Assembly: GCF_009914755.1 (NCBI RefSeq)
Contig: NC_060926.1
Source: the human T2T-CHM13v2.0 reference genome, Homo sapiens
DNA: 64,000 bases
Direction: 5' to 3' (one strand)
In this document: one piece after another, positions 55,401 through 64,000 of the stretch
How the letters are laid out: every line of letters starts with the position of its first letter
Position numbering within the stretch: position 1 is the stretch's first letter
Program-made: the position numbers and the translations under genes
Notes under the pieces: generated by a model
The model's input: the letters and a program-made list of their open reading frames with translations, nothing else
The model's database searches: none
Told to the model about the DNA's origin: nothing

Positions 55401-57663
55401 TTTGATTTTTTGCACAAGAACTGGTTGTTAATTTTAGACTTTGGCAAGATGGAAGGTGGGGGTGATGTGAGTCTATTTCACCTTAAGTTATATCACTGAG
55501 GCACTATGCTGCTGATTAAGGTTCTGTGATGGGTAAGGATGAGTATTCACTTTTGCTGACAAGGGGATGTTCTGTGTGTAACGTGTTTGCAAGGGTTTTG
55601 CAGTGCAGCACTGGATGTCCTCAATAGTGGGAAACCCTCATATGGCCTTTTCTGGTGAGCTTGTCAAAGGATGCACACATATTAGACATTCAGATTCCAG
55701 TGGGAAATAGGGAAGCCAGGATAGAAACTGTCTTGCCTCACTGTGACATTTTAACTTTTGGAAAAAGAAGTTGCTTTCTAGTGTTGTTCGTGATTTTTTG
55801 TTTGTTTGTTTAACTTGGGTGCACATCTTGAAATTTTTGGATTTTTACCACATCCTCTCTTGTGTCTACACTTTCTTCAGACAGAAACATGATTCAGTGA
55901 GGATGCATTTATCTTTGTGATTGCAGAGCCTCTGTCCAGGTTGACCAGAGCTCTTACCAAAAATAGATTCCAACATGTGAGAGCAGTAAAGTAAGTCACC
56001 ATCTTTGTAGGTACCACTCATCTCACTACCACTCTTGGGGAACAAATATGTAATTTAGAAGGATTTTCTTCTTGTTATGAAGCCAATAATATAATTACCA
56101 CTTGATAATTTAAGGAGTGCCAACTCTTTAATGACATTTAGTAAGCACTCAATTGCTTTAGAGGGCATAGACATTGTGTCACCTGCAATTCATTAGAAGG
56201 TCACAAGCTATTGTCAAAATCTGGGCCTGTTTGAGCTCCCTGCAGTGATTTGATAACATTGTGTTCTGTCTGTGGAGGTTCCAGGGTTTGAGGGTTTTCT
56301 GGAATCCCCACTTCCTGGGAACAGGGTGCTGAAGATCGACTATGAATTGGGAAATTTGAATGGAATAAAAAAGCGGCTTTTATTTTAAAGAGATGCCCTT
56401 TGAAGCTCTGGAGGGCCCAAACCGACTGGCTTTCAAAACATGTTGACTTGGCCTCCCTGTTCAAATTTGATAAATGATCTTCTGTTTCTAATTCTTGATT
56501 TAAAAAAATTTTTGTTGTTCAATGATCTTTCAACCTTATGAATGTGCCAGAAAGTTAAAAAATGTTAAAGGACTATTTTACCTGCTGAAAAGGTACATAT
56601 TTTGAAGGGGAGGATGGTTAAAGGATATACAATACACATGAAGGAAGAAAAACATCTTTGTAATACTAAAAACAACTAAGAATCTGCAAAAATCTCACCG
56701 TTATCAAATTTAGATTAGATTAGATTTTCACAGGGCTTAGGTGGAGATGTAAAGGTCTTGTCAGAGAAAATGTGACACACCCATAAGAGTGACAGCTATT
56801 ACCTTTTAGCTTATTTCACCTTCTCTCTCAGTTCCCTCAAAATGCACCACTGAAAGTTGTAAGGCACACACACACAGATAGCATATATAAAGAGTCACAC
56901 ATGTCCTAAAATGTTGACAGGTGTCTGCAATACTCATCATTGGAGATAGCTTACTGCTGAAGTTAAAGTACAATATTGAGATTGATAAAGACAGAGATGG
57001 GGGAGACTGAGCTAGTTCATGTAACAGCTGCAATCATTCCCAAATGTTTTTCTGCATAATCATGCAAGAAATTCATCATGCATTTCCTATTAAATATTCA
57101 TGCAACTTGCTCCATAGGAGGGCTGTGGTATTTATTAATTCCCTGGTGTTGGTAGGTTTTGGTACATCTACTGCCAGAAATAAATGTGTCATGCCTAGCA
57201 AATTCAGTTCTTGGCAGAAAATATTAGAATATAGTACTTGCTTACAGGATATTGCAAGCTTTAATTATGTCTAAATGATTTTCAAGACTACCTTGGAATA
57301 AGTAATTGGTTCCTTTTGTTTTTAGATGAAAGCAAGGGTCTGGTGGAGAGAGGTGGAGATTGAATGGGTACATAGAAGCATTTCACTTTAAGTACCCTGT
57401 CTTTAAGAGAGGTGATCCACTTCTACCACATATTAGTAATTACCGAAAAAAGAAGTTGGGTCTAATCATCATCAGCAAGTGAAGTCATCTACTGTTTCAT
57501 GCTGTTGAAATTTCTTTACCCTAAGACTTTATTAGTTTAAAGGATGAAAGAGAAAATAAAAACTAATTATCAAAATTGGTCCTCTAAATTTGTCAGCACG
57601 TAACATTACAAATCCCAAAGCTGTTGTTTACCAACATAGATTGACAGAAATCCAAATGAGGCT

Positions 57664-58000
57664 TTTCTTAGTCCATTTGGGCTGCTATAACACAATATCA
57701 TAAGCTTGGTAGCTTATAAACAACAGAAATTTGTTTTTTGCCCTTCTAGAGGCTGGGAAGTCTGTTGAGTGCCTGCTTTCTGGTTCATAGTTGATGTCTT
57801 CTTGTTGTGTCTTCACAAGGTGGAAGTGGTGGGCTCGCTTTCTGGGTCTCATTTTTATAAGGGTGCTAATCCCAATCATAAGGTCTCTGTCCTCAAGTCC
57901 TAATCACTTCCCAAAGACCTCACCTCTCACTACCATCACTTTGGGGCTTGAGATTTCCATGCATAAATTTTAAAGGGACAGAAACATTCACACCATAGCA
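57664..58000 (-). mobile_element. MLT1A/MST-type MaLR LTR
   Basis: 'cttagtccatttgggctgctataac...aacaacagaaattt...ctaatcacttcccaaag...aaacattcacaccatagca'. Confidence 0.88.
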
Positions 58001-59619
58001 AGGCTGATAGCTTGCCTTCCAGAATACTTTAATATGGACAGACATGGGGTAAGGTGGCTTTTTAAAAGTAAAACACTTAAATGATGACTATTTTGTGAGT
58101 CACGCAAAGCTTGAAACCACAGGAAATAAGATGGAAGTAGAGGACACAGGCCCTCTCTTAAAGTGCTTACAATCTAACTAGGGGAGAAAGACATTCATCC
58201 AATGAACAGCTAGAGAAACAAACATTTGATATTGTAGGACCGACTGTATACATAACACATGTCATGTTTACCTTTCCAAAACTCTTAAATAAATATTTAT
58301 TTTTCATGACAGTTCTGTCAAGAAGGGAAGATAATGTCCTCACTTTTTAAGCAGAAAAAATTCAATGGCTGGCCTATGTTTTTCAGCACTTAAATGAAGA
58401 GTCATGGTTACAACCAACTATACTGCCTCTTGGACACACTGAGGTAAAACATGACCCAGGAAACCCCCCAAAGGATGTATGTTCCAGCAGTCCTTTTTTT
58501 GTTCCTTAACAAGGGCTCCCCAGAACTCATTAAAAAAAATGATGGATTTTTGCTTCTGGTTATGTTGAAGTAGTAGCAACAAACCACTCTTTAGCCCAAA
58601 ACAACTAGAAAAGCTAGATGAAACAAAAACAATTAATTTCATGGCATTGGAGAGCTACTGAAGCAACCAAGGCTGAGGGGAGGAGGAATATTCAAAAAAG
58701 GAGCAACCTCAGAGATTGCAGCCAATAGTCTGCATCTGTTTATTTTACCCTGGAGAATGGGGCAGAGGCTGAAAATCTGAAATTTGCCTCCAAGAGGGAA
58801 GGCCACTGCTGGGGGGACAGTAAAACCAGCAGAGAATTTTGCAGTGGTGAGAGGGAAAGTGGGGTGGCTAAGAAAGCATGGGGCAGAACACTGAGATGGA
58901 CACATAGTCAATACATAGAGCTCAATGCATTTGCTAAAAATTTAAAGCTGTGGTTCAGAAGGGTAAGAAGCTAAGCAGAAAGCCTACAAAAAAACATAAA
59001 AGATTTCAGCAGTCCTGCCATGCTGAAACACAAGGATAAAAGTTCAGGACCTATCCAGGAGTGAAGTAAACCAGAGGCAGACTTAGTCATACAAAATTGC
59101 AGTCAGCCTTGATCAAATTAGGTTGATCAGTTTCTAACCTTTCCAGCACAGGAAAGACAAACTTTTTCTAGATGAAGTTAACATTATATGGAGCTTCTGT
59201 TCTGTGTGTGTGTGAGTGTGTGTACACCTGTATACACACATATATTGTCTAGTGTTCACTAAACTAGACAACTAGGTATGCCAAGAGATAGGATCATATG
59301 ACCAACAATAAGAGAAAAAAATAGAGAATGTAAATACACCTATGGTTGATTCAGATATTGACATTAACACACAAGGATCTTAACTATCATTAGGATGCTA
59401 AAGAAAGTAGAGAAAGGGAAGGAAAATAGGAATCAAGATGGAAAATTTTACCAAAGAATTAGAATTTACTAAAAAAGAATTAAATGGAAATTTTAGAAAT
59501 AAAAAATAAGACGCAATAGATGAGTTTCACAGCTGAATAGATTGAGCAGAAGACATGATTAGTGCACTGGAAGACAAGTCAATAGAAAAATAAATTGCAG
59601 CACAGAGAAAAAAAGAATT

Positions 59620-59911
59620 GGCCAGGTGTGGTGGCTTATACCTGTAATCTCAGCACTTTGGGAGGCTGAGTGAATTGCTTGAGTCCAGAAGTTTGAGACA
59701 AGCCTGGGCAACATAAGGAGACCCTGTCTCCACAAAAAAAATACAAAAATTAGCCTGGCATGGTAGTGTGGGCCTGTAATCCCAGCTACTAAGAAGGCTG
59801 AGGTGGGAGGATTATCTGATCCTGTGGAGGTCGAGGCTGCAGTGAGCTGTGGTGATGCCACTGTATCCCAGCTTGGGTGACAGAGTGAGACCTTGTCTTA
59901 AAAAAAAAAAA
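59620..59911 (+). mobile_element. AluJ nested in L1
   Basis: 'ggccaggtgtggtggcttatacctgtaatctcagc...gaggtcgaggctgcagtgagctgtg...' with poly(A). Confidence 0.92.
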
Positions 59912-60288
59912 GTATAGAAAAGAACATTAGAGATACATGGAAAACAGTTAACATTTTATATCACATATGTCAATTGAGTACATAGAAAAGGTGAGTGCAC
60001 AAGCAACATTAGAAGATAATTAGTAAAATTTTTTCCTAAACTGATGAACCAAAAGGTTTAGGAAGTGCCTCAAACACAAACAGGATAAATAAAAGAAAAA
60101 TAACCAAGTCATATCACATTAAAAGCTGTTGAAAACCAAAGACAATGAGATTAATTTTAAAGCAACAAAAATAAGTTAATTGTCTTCAAAGGAACAACAA
60201 AAAGAATTTGAACCTGACTTATCACAGAAATGATGAAAGCCATGAGACAATAGAATGGCATCTTAAAGTGATGGAAAAAAGTATCTGC

Positions 60289-60823
60289 TGTGAAAGGAAA
60301 ATACAATCTTGGGACCCCAAATGCACTATGTAAACGGGAAAAAGTTAAGTTTGGGAACTGAGTCATGCAAACAAAACAAAAACAAAAAAACCCAACAAAA
60401 AACTGCCTGCTTTTGTTCCCAAACAGACAGCTGTAATTTCACATGCTTACTTGACCTTATGTAAAGTGTAGAGTTACTAAACATGAGACAATGCATAATT
60501 GAATTTCCCCCCACTCCCGTATTTTCACATGTGAAATATAGATTCAGTTAGCACCAAAGCCTCACAAAAATGTAACCACTTGGGTCTTTGCCTACCCTCC
60601 CCTCTTTTTTTCTTTCCTCTCTCTCCTCTTGCCCACTCTTTCCCCTTTAAATACTGAAGTCCTCAAAACCATCTTGTAAAAAAGTCACAGATTATAGATC
60701 TTGCATTTCTAAAGTAACTTGCGTTTCTAAAGTAACTGGCATTTCTTTTTCCCAGGTACATCCTCCACCTTGGCAAAATAAACCTCTAAATCGATTGAGA
60801 TATGTCTCACTTTTTGGTTTATA
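60289..60823 (+). mobile_element. MER4B-type ERV1 solo LTR nested in L1
   Basis: 'tgtgaaaggaaaatacaatcttgggaccccaaa'...'ggcaaaataaacctctaaatcgattgaga...tttggtttata'. 4-bp TSD ctgc/ttgc. Confidence 0.88.
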
Positions 60824-63800
60824 TTGCCAACATAGAATTCTATGCCCAGCAAAAACATTCTTCAAAAACAAATTGAAATAAAGATATATTTAGAGGAACA
60901 CAAACTAAGAGAATTTTTTGCTAGAAGACCTTCACTAAAAATAATCTAAAGGAAGTACTTTAATCCAAAGAAAAATCACTGCAGATAGAAAAACAGAAAC
61001 TCAAGAGGGAATGAAGAACATCAGAAGAGGTAAATATGCAAGTAAATCTAAACAAGTCTTGATTGTTAAAAACCATTAACATTAATATCTATTGGGCTTA
61101 TAATATACAGAGAAATTTAAAAAAATCATGTAAAAGGTAGGAGGGGCTAGGTAGAGTTAGAGTGACCTAAAGTCTAGTGTTCTCTGGGAAGTGGTGAAAG
61201 AAATAATTTGATCTTATTATAGTAAGCCAAGGATGCATTCTGTAATCTCTAGGATAATCCTGAAAAAATATTTAGAAGAAAGTATAAATACAAGGTAATA
61301 GGGAGGAGAATGAAATAACAACAAAAATATTTAATTAATAAAAAAACAAGAATGAAGGAAAAAGTATAAAATAGGCAGGTCATATAGAAAACAAACAGAA
61401 AAATGGTAACTATAAAGCCCAATTTATCACAATTATATTAGATAAAAATGGATTAAGAATTACCATTGAACATTTAAGAATTTATGACTTGATTTAAAAA
61501 ACCTCAATGTTCTAATTAAAAATGGTATGCCTAAAATGTAAGGACACGGAAAGTTTAAAAGAATGATAAAAGGTATACCATGTAAATACTAACCAGAGAA
61601 AAGGTACACGTTTCAGACACTTACCTGAAGGTAAGAAGTGTTAAAATCGATGGAAAGATATTTTGTAATGATAAAGGAGTAGGTACACCAGGAAAATATT
61701 ATAATTCTAAATCTATAGCCACCCAATAATATAATTTCAAAGTGTATAAAGCAAAAGATAATGGAAGTAAAAGAGGAATCAAATCCACAATCATACTTGG
61801 GGACTTTACTCACCTTTCTTAATAGGTGATGGGTTAGACAAAAGAATCAGTAAGGTTACAGAAGATCTGAAAAATAAAATTAACCTACTCTAGTTAATGT
61901 TTATGTATAAAACAATGCACCCAGCAACGTCAGAATACTAATTTTTTCAAGTACTAATGGAACATTTGCCAAAATTGTCCATATGCTAGGTCATAAAGCA
62001 AGCCTCAATGGATTTTAAAAATTCAGTCCTTCAGAGTATGTTCCCTGACCATGGTGGAATTGCCCTAGAAACCAATTAACTAGAAAATTCCCAACTTTTT
62101 GAAAATTAAACAATGTACTTCTAAGTCACATGCAGAAATTAGAAAATACTGTATACTGGATGATGAAGTAGATACAATTTGTTAAAACTGATGTGATACA
62201 ACTAAAGTGCTTAAAGGCATGTAGTAGGAAGGAAGACAGAAAAGGAATAAGCTAAGCTTTCATTTCAAGAAACTAGAAAAAGAACAGCAATCACAAATAA
62301 AACAGAAGAAAAATTACAAAGATAAAACAAGTAGTCAACAAAATAGAAAACAGTTACAATAGAAAAAAATTTCAACAAAGCTAAAATTTGAAAAGATTAA
62401 TAAAACTGATAAAACTCTAGCAAGACCATTCATGAAAAAGGAAAGATACAAATTAATATCAAGAATGAAAAGTGGGCACTGCTACAGGTCATATAGATAT
62501 TAAAGAAAACTGGATTATTATAGACAACTTTATGCCAATGAATTTGGCAACTTAGAGGAAATCGACAAATTTCTAAAAAACCTTTAATTCACTTTGTTAT
62601 TAAGGATCTTTTTATTTTATCAAAGAAATCAGATCCATTATTAAAAACCTTTTCACAAAGAAAACCCTAGGGTCATGTTACTTCACTGATGAATTATTCT
62701 AAACATTTTAGGAATAAATAATACCCACCTTACATAAACGCTTCTAGAGTGCACAAAAAGAGATACTTTTCAACTTGTTTGATGGGGTCAGTGTAAACCT
62801 GCTACTAAAGCCTAAAAAGGAGTTTACAAGACAAATTACAAGCCAATCTCTTTAATGAACTTAGAAGCAAAAATCCTAAACAAAACTGTAAATCAAATCC
62901 AGTAATATATAAAATGAATAGTCAGTAGAAGCAAGTAGAGTTTATTCCAAGAATTTCGGAGTTTATTTGAGAAAAATGCAGGCAGCCCAATAGAAAATGG
63001 AGATTTACATGGACACTTCATAAAGGTAGATGCCTGAATTATCCTAAGATATAGAAAGGTGCTTAACTTCATTGAACTTCAGGGAAATGCAAATGGATTA
63101 AAACCATAATAATATATAGTATGCACCCAGATTTGAAGTAATTGTTGTGTGACTGTAAATTGGTATAATTATCTTGGAAAATTATTTGGCAATATCTACT
63201 AAAGATAATCCAGCAGTTCTAGTCCTGGCTCTATATATAACAGAAGTGCAATTACATGTTCACCAAAAAATATACACAAGATTGTTCATAGCCCACAGTT
63301 TATCATAGCACCAAATGAGAAATAAACCAAATATCCATCAAAAGTAGACTAGATAAATTATGGTGTATTTGTAAAATGGCATGGCATATAGCAATGAAAA
63401 TGAATAAACTCCTGCCACAGCAACACGAATGAATCTCATAAACAAAATGTTGAACTAAAGAAGAGAGTCAAAGAAGAGTACATAATACATGAATTCATTT
63501 ACATGAATTTCAAAAACAAGCAAAACTAATATATGGTATTAGAAGTAATGAGAGTGGTTTTCCGTTAGAGTTAGTGACTAAAAGTGGACATGAGATGTTT
63601 CTAGGGTGGTGGTAATTTTCTGTTTCTTGATGTGCTGAATATATGGGTGTCTTCACCCTTCATGCTTGAGATTTGTGCGCTGTTTTGTATTATATTTGTT
63701 ATACTTTATCAGAAAGTTTACTTTTGTATAAGGAACCTCTTAGGTAAATTGTTGAATGTGCTTCAGCCAAGGTACTGAAGAGCAATTCCTTCATCTGACT

Positions 63801-64000
63801 TAGGAGACTCTTTGCCAATAAGGACAACAACGGAAGATGGGTGGCAAATGTTCTTTTTCTTTACACAGATCTCCTGTGCATCCACAGGCATATGAAAAGG
63901 AGGGAGTGTGAAGCAGGTGAGAAAGAAAATTCCAGATAAATGGAAGATTGGTGTTATTGGGAAGAAAAGGTTTAAAATAGAGGCCTTCTGGATGAGGTTA

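Larger units (their letters stand above)
58530..63730 (+). mobile_element. Old L1 (L1M4/L1ME-type): 5'/ORF1 region, ORF2 N-terminal half and 3' end, with a large internal deletion
   Basis: ORF1-like 'acttatcacagaaatgatgaaagccatgagacaatagaatggcatc'. EN-like 'aaatccacaatcatacttggggacttt'. Jumps near 62960 from 'gagtttattccaagaat' to the ORF2 C-terminus and 3'UTR. Confidence 0.85.

Overview
This is primate, most likely human, intronic or intergenic DNA, not a microbial locus. It is dominated by interspersed repeats: Alu (J, S and Y), L1 fragments of many ages, L2, MIR, CR1/L3, MER5-type DNA transposon relics, and solo LTRs (MLT1, MLT2A2 x2, LTR33, MER57A, MER74A, MER4B). There is also a short ERV-L pol relic. 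I found no supportable protein-coding gene, RNA gene or CRISPR array; the ORF track reflects Alu/L1 translations, chance ORFs and stop-free frames across a simple repeat. The most unusual structures are: (1) a ~1.1 kb almost pure C/T tract (34091-35195) abutting a MER57A LTR, preceded by three overlapping snap-back palindromes; (2) a fold-back inverted duplication inside an old L1 (39499-39628); (3) a ~125 bp local templated duplication inserted into a MER74A LTR (49585-49709, source 50124-50249); and (4) a few + strand splice-site-bounded candidate exons. I see no convincing evidence of a new biological system. Repeat subfamily names come from remembered consensus motifs, and the boundaries of old elements are approximate.
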